Shown piece after piece: positions 50,370-59,405 of a stretch of 64,000 nucleotides of DNA. A model generated the notes under the pieces. That model was not told the origin of the DNA. It saw only the letters and a program-made list of their open reading frames with translations, and did not search any database. The stretch is taken from the IMG/VR virus record IMGVR_UViG_3300010429_002123; one strand, given 5' to 3'. A program made the translations under genes and the position numbers. This stretch comes from a virus (Duplodnaviria > Caudoviricetes). How positions within the stretch are numbered: the stretch's first letter is position 1; each line of letters begins with the position of its first letter.

Positions 50370-50494
50370 GTTTCCTGGGGGCAACGCCCCCGTTTATTTT
50401 CTTTCTTTCTTCACGATATTTAAGCCCGGAATACCACCGGGCTTGTTTTTTTCTGCCTGGTTGTGTATAATATAAAAAACATTCGTTTAAGAAG

Positions 50495-51004
50495 GTGAAA
50501 ACTGTGCCCTTTCTTCCTCCAGACATGCAGACAAAAGCTATCGTTATCTTTAACACTCCGCTTTTCAAAGAGCTGTGGGAAAAACCCGAATGGGAAACTC
50601 TGTTCACACCGGAAGGCCAGCCGAAAGATGTTCGTATTCCACCAATAACAAGGCTAAAATGTGTTGTGAAGTCTAAGGGGTTGGTCTATTTCGGAGACGA
50701 AGGCTTCACTAACTATGTAGGGAGAGTGATTGATAACTCTTTTTCTGTCAGACCACACTCGCGAAAAACAGAGATAATAAAGTTCCTGAGGGAGGAAGGG
50801 AGAAAAGGTCACACCAGTGTGAGATTACAGGATTTAAACTATCACTTAGTCGCTGAGGGGTATGACAGAATAGCCTCTTCGGTTCTTCTGCACATAGGCT
50901 TCGATGTCTTTCTCGGCTTTAAGCAGGAGCTCCTGGGAGTAACAATCACGGATTTAGATTTAGAACAGGATGTCTTTGTCTCGACTATTAAACCGAACCA
51001 TTAA
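50495..51004 (+). CDS. hypothetical protein
   Basis: 169-aa ORF. Confidence 0.45.
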   Translation: MKTVPFLPPDMQTKAIVIFNTPLFKELWEKPEWETLFTPEGQPKDVRIPPITRLKCVVKSKGLVYFGDEGFTNYVGRVIDNSFSVRPHSRKTEIIKFLREEGRKGHTSVRLQDLNYHLVAEGYDRIASSVLLHIGFDVFLGFKQELLGVTITDLDLEQDVFVSTIKPNH

Positions 51005-51215
51005 AAATAACTCCTATTACGCTTCAGGACGTCACGAAATTAAAAAATGATAAAATCCTACCTCCGAGAAAATTCTTTCGTTTAAAACGCAAATTAGAAG
51101 ATTTTATTTTCTTAAAAAATAGTTAACTTATTTTTACAAAAAGTATTGACAAGTATAACTCATTATGATATACTGAGTTTAGTGAAAGAAATAAAAAACG
51201 AAGGAGGAACGAAAA

Positions 51216-51371
51216 ATGGAACATAGAGAAGAGTGCCCAAAGTGCAAGAAGCAGTCAGTAGAAGTCGAGGTATGGGAGGACTTCGTGACGGCTGTGCAGA
51301 AGTGCTACGAAGTCACCAGCACCTGCCTGACTCCAGGGTGTAACTGGAAAGAGGAAGTCTGTTACGGATAA
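51216..51371 (+). CDS. 51-aa Zn-ribbon protein (not in the ORF track), paralog of 51423
   Basis: AAGGAGG RBS; ECPKCK..SV...C...GC.W. Confidence 0.6.
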   Translation: MEHREECPKCKKQSVEVEVWEDFVTAVQKCYEVTSTCLTPGCNWKEEVCYG

Positions 51372-51422
51372 TATAGAAAGTTCCGGCGGAGGCCGGTAAT
51401 TTTAATTTAGGAGGAAAATAAA

Positions 51423-51644
51423 ATGGTGAAAGAGCTTACCCTGCACGAGTGTCCAAAGTGCAAACTTGATTCAGTGTCCATAGCAGTTTATGACCTTCCG
51501 ATAAGAATCGGAGAAAAACTCTGTGATGAAGTTCACACCTGCAGTAGCTGTGGGTGGAGAGACTACAGCTACGTACCGGAGAAAAAAGAGTTATTGAAGT
51601 TTATACCTGTGGTAAATGTGACAGAGTTACCCGCTACTCTGTAA
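51423..51644 (+). CDS. Zn-ribbon protein
   Basis: ECPKCK...CSSCGW; AGGAGG RBS. Confidence 0.6.
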   Translation: MVKELTLHECPKCKLDSVSIAVYDLPIRIGEKLCDEVHTCSSCGWRDYSYVPEKKELLKFIPVVNVTELPATL

Positions 51645-51764
51645 GCCCCGAAGGAAAAAGAACAAAATGTCTTCAGTACAGTGAAGACGAAGAAAGCTGT
51701 TTTTAACAGTAATACTAATAATAACCCTAATAATAATAAACCTAAAACAAAAGGAGGAACACCT

Positions 51765-51929
51765 ATGAAAAATAGACAGTTAACATCACGGGAGATAGAA
51801 GGCTTGCTCTCTTACCACGACATTCAGCCTACACTGACAAGAAAGGACTTCAAGAGCGAGTCTGAATACCAGGATTATCTGGAGGAACTTGCCCTGTCCA
51901 AAGAGGAAGACGACGATGAAGAATACTAA
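51765..51929 (+). CDS. small acidic protein
   Basis: AAGGAGG RBS before ATG 51765. Confidence 0.5.
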   Translation: MKNRQLTSREIEGLLSYHDIQPTLTRKDFKSESEYQDYLEELALSKEEDDDEEY

Positions 51930-52167
51930 AGAACAAAAAGCAAAAAGCCCCACAAAAAACAGTGTGAGGTTTAATAAAATATACAGAACCACTCATGAAA
52001 TTTATGAGGGTTTTAAAACCTGTGTAGTGTGTTCGTTTCCTGTCTCCAACTCTTCCTGGGACGAAGGTGCCGGAGGGTGCGGAGAAGACATAGAATATGA
52101 GTGCCCGGAATGTAGAACTCTGTATAGAGTAGTTTCAGCAGGCTTTAAACTGACAAAGGCTTCGTGA
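51916..52167 (+). CDS. Zn-ribbon protein
   Basis: CVVC...CPEC. Confidence 0.5.
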   Translation: MKNTKEQKAKSPTKNSVRFNKIYRTTHEIYEGFKTCVVCSFPVSNSSWDEGAGGCGEDIEYECPECRTLYRVVSAGFKLTKAS

Positions 52168-52850
52168 GGGCACAAATGGATTACAAAATAGAGTGTACGA
52201 CATGCGGTAAGCTCACTCCGATTTCTGTAAATGGGGACTTTGAATTCCACAAGTGGTTCGAAGACTACACAGGACTTGTGAAGATTCAGTGCCACAACTG
52301 CGGGAAATATTCCTACGAGCAGATGAGAGAAGGGAAAAGGTTTAAGGAGCTTTCCCCTCTGGAGCAACGTCTTATTGAGGAGGGTGCCTGTTCGATTGCT
52401 CTCCCTCAGGCGGAAAAATCGGGAAAAACTGAAGTTCTTTCCGAAGGATTGCCTGATATTACCTCAACGGGTGTAGCCGTAAGGTTATACATAGGAGAGA
52501 AGCTGATTGACTATACTAAAATTCTGAACACAAAAATTAGCTATATGTGTGCCTCTCAGAGTATAGAGATAATTCTTCTTAACTGTGACGGAGACTTTAC
52601 GTATCTAATAGACCGAATGCACTATGAAAAAGGAGTAAGAGACAGGTATGAGGCAATTCCAGATTACCCCTTCTTCTTTTCCCCTACGGTTTTTGACCTT
52701 CAAACAAAACTTATAAGCGAGCCTAAGAGAGCTTTTTCTCTGAACCACGGAATAAACTCTTATAAGTTTGTCTACCCGACTGTTTTCGTAAGCGGGACTA
52801 ACATAAATCTTCTTCATGTAGCGTCTCAAAATGAGTGCTTTCGTTGTTAA
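52164..52850 (+). CDS. Zn-ribbon protein, paralog of 53523
   Basis: IECTTCG...ISVNGD...WF...IQCHNC...VRL. Confidence 0.6.
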   Translation: MRAQMDYKIECTTCGKLTPISVNGDFEFHKWFEDYTGLVKIQCHNCGKYSYEQMREGKRFKELSPLEQRLIEEGACSIALPQAEKSGKTEVLSEGLPDITSTGVAVRLYIGEKLIDYTKILNTKISYMCASQSIEIILLNCDGDFTYLIDRMHYEKGVRDRYEAIPDYPFFFSPTVFDLQTKLISEPKRAFSLNHGINSYKFVYPTVFVSGTNINLLHVASQNECFRC

Positions 52851-52970
52851 TACCCCTTACGGCTGGAGGTATTGCCACAGGTGGGGTATGAAGCAAAAAC
52901 TAACAGATAAAATCAGAGTCTTTTCTTTCCTTTTCCTCAGCCCCTTTCTTTTCTTTTTTTCTTTCCTTTT

Positions 52971-53381
52971 TTACCTGGCTATCTCTTCGATGGTAAGACT
53001 GCTCCGCAGAATCTTTTTCATCTTTCTCGTTATAACTGGAGTCTTCTCTTTTGTGCTGTGTTCCTTAAAGAGTTCTTCGGATATTCCCCAGCAGGGAAAG
53101 ACACAGTGGCCAAAACCCATAAAACCCTTTGTCTCTGAAAATATATCATTGTGACAGCGGGAGCAATTCACCATGTGGTGTTGGCACAGTAAAGGGGTTA
53201 GAAACTCCTCAGCTTCTTCATAGGTTTTAAATATGTGGTGACCCTTAAAGAATACAGATAGCTTAGGCGTGAGTATGTAAAGGTGTAAGTTTTCGAGGCC
53301 GTGTCCCTCTATCTCATCAAAGTCTGTTGAGATGATGCACTTTTCAAACTTTTTTTTGTTACGGATTTTCTTATTTTTCAC
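52971..53381 (-). CDS. hypothetical protein (family with 24647 and 48426)
   Basis: EEAEEF...CQHHMVNCSRCHN. Confidence 0.55.
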   Translation of the reverse strand: MKNKKIRNKKKFEKCIISTDFDEIEGHGLENLHLYILTPKLSVFFKGHHIFKTYEEAEEFLTPLLCQHHMVNCSRCHNDIFSETKGFMGFGHCVFPCWGISEELFKEHSTKEKTPVITRKMKKILRSSLTIEEIAR

Positions 53382-53522
53382 GGAGGTTCACAGCTCTCCT
53401 TCCTGATGGTGTTTTCTTAAGAATATTCTTTTTTAACTCAGTTGTCAAGCCGTTTTGAAAAAATATGCTAACTTATTACGAAATCTCTTGCTTTTATCTC
53501 TGTCATACTGTATGCTAATCTC

Positions 53523-54218
53523 ATGGACTATCTTAAAATATACTGTTCCAAGTGTGGACAAGATGATAGCATTACTGTAAACGGAGACCACGATTATAGA
53601 CAGTGGTTTACTCCCGTGTTTGAAGGTGTGGTTCTTATTGAATGTAACAGGTGTCAGAGTTTTCACTGGGAAAAAGTAGAGAAAAAACGTAGGAGATTTG
53701 TAATCTCTGAGACCGAGGCCATTCTCCTAAGAGACCGAGCCTGTTGCATAACAACTAACACGGGTAAAGAGGCACTGGCTGTTCCTCCTGACGTGAGGAG
53801 TCTTAAAGTCCCCTCAGTAAGGCTTTTTGTTGAGGGGGATGAGATTTCACAGGAAGTCTTAATAAGTGTGGCGATAAGTTTCAACCCGAAGGACAGGTTT
53901 GTGGAAGTAACTCTATTTGACCCTCTGGAAGACTTTAATTATTTACAACAGAGAGTATTAGCTGACTATTCGATGGGCGGGGAGGAACCCCCGATGTTTA
54001 TAATAATGAGCACAGCAGAAAATGGTATGAATTTTAAAACGAATTACCTCACAGAGTTTTATCTCTTTAAGTTACCTACAATAAGGAGAGAGCCTCCTTA
54101 CCTAAAAATAATCTCTGATGATGTCTTTCTGTCTATTGACCGAAACCCTTCGTGGGAGTCACGAATAAAACCCTATTTCTTTTCAGGAGAAGGGAGCGAG
54201 GCACATGAAAACACCTGA
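53523..54218 (+). CDS. Zn-ribbon protein, paralog of 52164
   Basis: IYCSKCG...ITVNGD...WF...IECNRC. Confidence 0.6.
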   Translation: MDYLKIYCSKCGQDDSITVNGDHDYRQWFTPVFEGVVLIECNRCQSFHWEKVEKKRRRFVISETEAILLRDRACCITTNTGKEALAVPPDVRSLKVPSVRLFVEGDEISQEVLISVAISFNPKDRFVEVTLFDPLEDFNYLQQRVLADYSMGGEEPPMFIIMSTAENGMNFKTNYLTEFYLFKLPTIRREPPYLKIISDDVFLSIDRNPSWESRIKPYFFSGEGSEAHENT

Positions 54219-54543
54219 GACCTCCAGCAAGTCCGGGAAAGGCAGCGGGAAAAAACCCACCATAGAAGATTTCATGAAAAAAGTAACCTTGATGGATAAA
54301 AAGGAGAACTGGAGAACTGTAAAGTGTCCAGCCTGTGGGGAACCTTATTCTTTTTATCTTCCCGGTTTAAGAGACCTTTTAAAATCAAAACTCTCCGTTA
54401 CAAGGATACTTTGTAATTGTGGGTATGAATACCCTTGTAAGGTTTTTCGTTCCAGGGGGTATATCAGCGTGAGAGCTTTTAACTCTGAAGAAACTCTGAG
54501 TGTGTTTGAGGAAAGTGCTCTGGTCATAACAGAAGGTCTTTAG
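54205..54543 (+). CDS. Zn-ribbon protein
   Basis: CPACG...CNCG. Confidence 0.5.
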   Translation: MKTPETSSKSGKGSGKKPTIEDFMKKVTLMDKKENWRTVKCPACGEPYSFYLPGLRDLLKSKLSVTRILCNCGYEYPCKVFRSRGYISVRAFNSEETLSVFEESALVITEGL

Positions 54544-54641
54544 TAAAGAAAGTATTGACAAGTTTGTAAGTTCTGGTATAATAAGAGTAGCAAAATACTT
54601 TTCCAGCACAGAAGGAAAAAGTTTTATAAGGAGGAATAAAG

Positions 54642-55283
54642 ATGCCCCAAGAATTTACTGAAATGGGAATACACACAGACTTGAGAGAATATAATAAGGT
54701 AAGATTACGCCTTCCTTTTCTTTCAATAGAAGTAATGTTAGCGTTTTTAGATGATAATCCTTATATAATAGTAGAACATAGAGATAATCCACACACCTTG
54801 AGAGAGGTAAGGTGTGGGAGAGAACCCGACTTTTTTGGGTACGGGAAAGGAAGATGTTTTTATTGTGAGCTTAATGTGGGTAGTGTTCCCAAAGTAAAAG
54901 GTCTGTATTCAGTGATGGCTTTTCAATGGGGCAGAGGAAAAAAGATAAAAAGAGCAAGGAAAAAACTGCTTGTAGTAGGAATCGAAGAGATGAGACGCAT
55001 GAAGTCTGTGGGAGAAAAACTTGAAAACGGCTTTGCTATAAAGAGAAATAAGACCGAGCGTTTAAAAAACTGCTACTTTGAAGTCCTACGCATAGATGAC
55101 AGAGAGGATAAGTATAACTGGCATTTCCTGGGTGAGTTTCCGAATATAGAAAAAACCTTTAGAGATTACGACATAACTCCCTTTGATTATGAGAAGTTAT
55201 GTCCTCCGGTTCAGCCCGTTCAAATCGAAGGTCTGTCTCAGAATTCTCTTTCTATTACGGAAATAGAAAAACTTTTTGTGTGA
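54642..55283 (+). CDS. hypothetical protein, possibly phage SSB-like
   Basis: FLDD.P....H...C...C..C pattern recalls Zn-binding phage SSBs, but no acidic tail. Confidence 0.35.
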   Translation: MPQEFTEMGIHTDLREYNKVRLRLPFLSIEVMLAFLDDNPYIIVEHRDNPHTLREVRCGREPDFFGYGKGRCFYCELNVGSVPKVKGLYSVMAFQWGRGKKIKRARKKLLVVGIEEMRRMKSVGEKLENGFAIKRNKTERLKNCYFEVLRIDDREDKYNWHFLGEFPNIEKTFRDYDITPFDYEKLCPPVQPVQIEGLSQNSLSITEIEKLFV

Positions 55284-55485
55284 AGTTCTCTAACTTTGTC
55301 AAGCCGTTTTTCAAAAACATACTTACCGTTTCCGCTTGACAGACTTGAGAGAGCGTGCTAAACTTTTCTCAAAGAAGGAACTTTCGAGTAATAAAAAAAG
55401 AGTCAGGCGTTGACTCTTCAGATTTTTAAAATCTTCACAGCAGAGTTTAGCAAAAACTCTGCTGATTGTAAAGAGGGGGAAAAAT

Positions 55486-56877
55486 ATGCAAAACGATTAT
55501 CCGTTTCCAGTGGCTGAGGGGTTGTCCCCTCTTCGGTTTAAAGAAAGTATCGTAAGGGTTCATCTTATCGGGGATGAAATGTGGTTTCTGGTTAAAGACG
55601 TCTGTGGGGTACTCGGCCTTACCAATGTAACCAGCGTGGTTAACTACTTGGGGGAGAGTGAAAAGTTGAGAAAACCTTTTTATCTTCTCGGAGAAAAAAG
55701 GGACGCCTGGCTTGCCTGTGGGACAGGACTTGTTTCCTATTTAAACAACTTTAAAAATGATTCCCTGGCCAAGAGTCTAAGACGGTGGGTTACTGTCCAG
55801 ACTATGTCCGTGTTACAGCTCGCAGACCAGAAAAATCCTGACATCCAGAAGGAGGAAATGGCTCTGAGGAAAGTAACCGCAGAAGAGATAATAAAAAGAA
55901 CTTCCTGTGTCTGTTCGGAAGAAGCGGGAGACTTTGGTAGCTTAATGGACTTTCTACAGACTTTTAATTATGAGGGGAGAGAAGTAAGAGCTTTTGTCAA
56001 GGAAGGAGAAACGTGGGTTTGTTTAAGGGATATTTGTGATATTCTCGAAATAGGGAATACTAGTGATGTTACGTATAGGTTAGATAGTGACGAAAAAGAC
56101 TACCTCGATACAATCGATGCAGTCGGAAAACCGCATAAAATGGCCTTTATTAATGAATCGGGAATTTACAAAGTTATTTTTGTGAGTCGAAAACCCATAG
56201 CGAAAGTTTTTCAAAAATGGGTTACCGGAACCCTACTCCCAACTCTGAGGAAAACCGGGAAATATGAAGTTCAAAAAGAACACACTATAGAGACTTTTAT
56301 AGACCTTTCTGAAGAAGACAAAGCTATAGCCTACTTCACGGAGAGAAAGAAAAAGAAACAGGCAGAAGAGCTGGTAAGGCTCACAGAAGAGAAAAGAAAA
56401 GCCCTGGAGGAAAAAACAGCAATCCTTACAGATAAAATAGAAGAAGATAAACCAAAAGTTGAGGGGTATGACGAGTATATCAGTGATGGAGAAGGTTGGG
56501 CTGAACTCTCTGCGGTGGCGAAACACTTAGTTCCAAGTTCTCTTTCTATAAATGGAGGGCTTGTTAGTATGGGAAGAAATAGCCTCATACACTTCCTAGT
56601 ATTAAAGGGAGAAATCTTTAAAAGACAGGACGGGGGGTATGAGCCCTACCAGAAACTTGTCAGCTCTGGGTTTTATAGGAGGGGGTGCAGAAAGCCTAAA
56701 AACTATAGTAAAGATGTATACTTTGTTTTGGTGTCACCCTCAGGGACGGAAAGGATAAGAAAACTTCTTAAGGAAGAGAACCATATCATTGGAGCTAACC
56801 TCACACAGGGGCAAAAAGATGCCCTAAGGGAACTCACGAAAGAGGTACGCAGAAAACGGAAAAGTCTCAGGGTATAA
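55486..56877 (+). CDS. antirepressor: two BRO-N domains plus KilA-C/ANT domain
   Basis: WFLVKDVCGVLG, INESGIYKVIF.SRKP.AK.FQKWVT..LP.LRKTGKY, KPKV, GRN.L, PYQ. Confidence 0.88.
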   Translation: MQNDYPFPVAEGLSPLRFKESIVRVHLIGDEMWFLVKDVCGVLGLTNVTSVVNYLGESEKLRKPFYLLGEKRDAWLACGTGLVSYLNNFKNDSLAKSLRRWVTVQTMSVLQLADQKNPDIQKEEMALRKVTAEEIIKRTSCVCSEEAGDFGSLMDFLQTFNYEGREVRAFVKEGETWVCLRDICDILEIGNTSDVTYRLDSDEKDYLDTIDAVGKPHKMAFINESGIYKVIFVSRKPIAKVFQKWVTGTLLPTLRKTGKYEVQKEHTIETFIDLSEEDKAIAYFTERKKKKQAEELVRLTEEKRKALEEKTAILTDKIEEDKPKVEGYDEYISDGEGWAELSAVAKHLVPSSLSINGGLVSMGRNSLIHFLVLKGEIFKRQDGGYEPYQKLVSSGFYRRGCRKPKNYSKDVYFVLVSPSGTERIRKLLKEENHIIGANLTQGQKDALRELTKEVRRKRKSLRV

Positions 56878-57019
56878 AATGTGCAAAAAGATTTTTAGAT
56901 AAACTGTCGTTGGTGAGGGTGAAACTCTTATGCCATAACCGAAAGAACCTTCTGAAAAATAGTTAAATTATTTTTACAAAAAGTATTGACAAGTATATAG
57001 GATTATGGTATATTATTAT

Positions 57020-57645
57020 CAGAGGGTGAAACAACGACAGGCGGGTTAAGGTGGCCTCGGTGAACAGAAGCCGGGTGACTGCGGTAAACTCCCTCAAGTA
57101 ACGCAGACGGTCTTGCGAGACCGGGAGGTTCGAGTCCTCACTGCCTGTAAGAATGGTTGGCCGATTACCAAAAGGCGGCAAGTGGGATGAGCCCTCGGAC
57201 AACAACAGCCGTGGGCGGGAAAATCAAGGAAAGGAGTGATGCCGATGGGCAGGGACATAGGGACAGAACCCTGTGAGAGCAAGGGTGTCCAGGAAGGTCG
57301 AGGTAGACCGGTTGACCGTGAGCAACCAAAAATCTCTCTGAACCTCGACTAAGAAAAAAAGGGTCAAACTCCTAAAAGAAGAGATAGACCGCTACCCTCA
57401 CGGAAGACTGCAAACCCACAGCACGTGTCTGGTAGACAGACCCTGTGTGAAGGTGGTAAAGACTGCTACACCTAGACTTACGGGTTACTGGTTTCCCTAA
57501 TAAAATAAACCAGTGTAGGCCGGGAACGAGAGTTAGCCCTCTCTCCCTCGACGCTCTCACAGAGAGACAGGCCGAAGTGAAAAGGGCGAAAATCTCAGCC
57601 ACCAGGAAGAGGAGACTCTTCCTGGGCGGACTGATTCAGTGAAGG
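57020..57645 (+). ncRNA. candidate large structured ncRNA (about 630 nt) with tRNA-like 5' domain
   Basis: behind conserved promoter 56971; GC-richer than flanks; no + strand ORF in the track; many hairpins; T-loop GAGG-TTCGAGT-CCTC. Confidence 0.6.
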
Positions 57646-57654
57646 AGAAAGAAA

Positions 57655-57813
57655 ATGAAAAAACAGGTAATAGAAAACAGCATATCAAGACTAATTGAAA
57701 AAATAAGAATAGAAGAGGCAAAAGCCCAGACAGAAGCGAACCATTACCGCCTGGGTTTGATTTATGGCCTGAAAGAAGCGAAAAAAATCCTTGAGGAAGA
57801 GTCAAAGAACTAA
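57655..57813 (+). CDS. 52-aa protein (not in the ORF track)
   Basis: AAGGAG RBS; MKKQVIENS...GLKEAKKILEEESKN. Confidence 0.55.
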   Translation: MKKQVIENSISRLIEKIRIEEAKAQTEANHYRLGLIYGLKEAKKILEEESKN

Positions 57814-57828
57814 AATGGAGGAAGTATC

Positions 57829-59283
57829 ATGGCTGAGTATCTAAACCCCTGGTTTGAAGCATGGGAAAAAGATTACGAAACCCAGATGGAAGAACTAAAC
57901 TGGGACGTAAAAGCCTATGCGAAACTGAACGAGGAAAAAAGAATTAAACTCGATGGGAGTTCCTACTTGCACGACAAAATACAGAAAAGTAAAACCGTGG
58001 GGGATTACGAACAAAGACAGGTGGAAGAACTTGATAGCTACTTCGAAAAAGCGGAAAAAGGGTGTCCTAAACACTATTTAAACTTCTATCTCCCGTATGT
58101 CTACAATCGAGGAGTATACTTCTTTTTGAAAAAAGATTATGAAAAGGTTGTTTCTATTGCGGGGAGGTTTCTTTCTTTCTGTGAGGCCAAAGACTTTCCC
58201 TCGCTTTTACAGAAAGAACTCAGAAAAGATAAGAAAAAACTGGGAAACATCTATAAAAATCTCCTGGATTACCTGGCCGGGGGGCACGAAGAAATAATGT
58301 CTACCCCCGCCCGTCTGAGCGGAATGCTTACCCTGCGGGCGAAAAGCCTGGAGTTCCTCGGTAAGTATGAATCTGCCTTGAAAGCTACTGAGAAAGTTCT
58401 AATATCAAACGTGGACGATATGGCTCTCTATCATCTTCTGGCAAGCCGAGCCAGACTCCTCTTTTTGTTAAGACGGCTGGAAAGCCTCACTGTCATGGGA
58501 GATGGTCTGATTGAAACCGGAACGACTAAAGTAGGAACACTTACTATCCCTGTACCGGAGTTCTGCCGAAGTCACCTGTTACAAAAAGTGATGTCTTTTA
58601 TTATTCAGTATAGTGTTGAGGAGAAGTTTTTTCAAGAGGCTCTCCAGCTTCTAGAAGACGTGTATAAAGACCTCGTTGATACCCCTGAGGCTGTTTACAG
58701 ATACTATGTCCTGGGCGGAAGAAGTTGTGTAGGACTAAAAGAGTATGAAAAAGCTCTGTCTTATTTGCAAAAAGGTGTAGAGCACAGTAAAAAGTATGCG
58801 GATTATATGAAAGAAATCCTCTCTCTTGGCAAATATAAGTCAGACATCCTGCCCGAAGAGCTCATAAAAGAGTACATAAACATAAAGCACCTGGTGCTCA
58901 CAGAGAAATGCGGGTTCCGCTTACTCTACTCCGGGAAAACAGGAGCCTTCCACACGAAAGAAGAGGCAAATGCCGAAAGAGAAGAGATTTTAAAGGTAAG
59001 AGGAACAGAGTTTGTAGAGTTTCTCTTAGAGAAAAACCCTGTAAAAATATATGAAGGTTGCCTGGTGTTCTCTAAAGATACTCTCTATAGAGTCTACGAG
59101 TATGACTGCTGTGATAAAGTCTTTGCGGAAAGCTCAGACTATGGAAATGCCACCTATGTAGCGAATAAAAATGACTGGTTTATGAGTCTCACAGTAGACA
59201 AGCAATTAGCCCAGGGTAATGAAGGAGTGGATAGATATTATCACTCATCTTCCTGGAAAGACTCTGTCTCCAGATACTTCTAG
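57829..59283 (+). CDS. TPR-like repeat protein
   Basis: YNRGVYFF..KDYEK, AKSLEFLGKYESAL, GRSCVGLKEYEKALSYLQKG helical repeats. Confidence 0.65.
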   Translation: MAEYLNPWFEAWEKDYETQMEELNWDVKAYAKLNEEKRIKLDGSSYLHDKIQKSKTVGDYEQRQVEELDSYFEKAEKGCPKHYLNFYLPYVYNRGVYFFLKKDYEKVVSIAGRFLSFCEAKDFPSLLQKELRKDKKKLGNIYKNLLDYLAGGHEEIMSTPARLSGMLTLRAKSLEFLGKYESALKATEKVLISNVDDMALYHLLASRARLLFLLRRLESLTVMGDGLIETGTTKVGTLTIPVPEFCRSHLLQKVMSFIIQYSVEEKFFQEALQLLEDVYKDLVDTPEAVYRYYVLGGRSCVGLKEYEKALSYLQKGVEHSKKYADYMKEILSLGKYKSDILPEELIKEYINIKHLVLTEKCGFRLLYSGKTGAFHTKEEANAEREEILKVRGTEFVEFLLEKNPVKIYEGCLVFSKDTLYRVYEYDCCDKVFAESSDYGNATYVANKNDWFMSLTVDKQLAQGNEGVDRYYHSSSWKDSVSRYF

Positions 59284-59295
59284 AGGTCTAGCCTA

Positions 59296-59339
59296 TTTTT
59301 TCAAAAAGTATTGACAAGTATGCTGTCGTGTAGTATACT
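59296..59339 (+). promoter_or_regulatory. conserved phage promoter driving iscB
   Basis: TTTTTCAAAAAGTA-TTGACA-17 bp-TATACT. Confidence 0.75.
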
Positions 59340-59405
59340 GAAAAAGTGAAGCAGAAATAGAATGTTTCGTTTCAATAGTCATTTTGCGAAAAAGGAGTTA
59401 GTAAA

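Noticed and set aside
57020-57645. tmRNA, RNase P RNA or group II intron
   Set aside because: No Ala-type acceptor with CCA or tag ORF, no GAGGAAAGTCC, no GTGCG start, domain V or RT gene recognised
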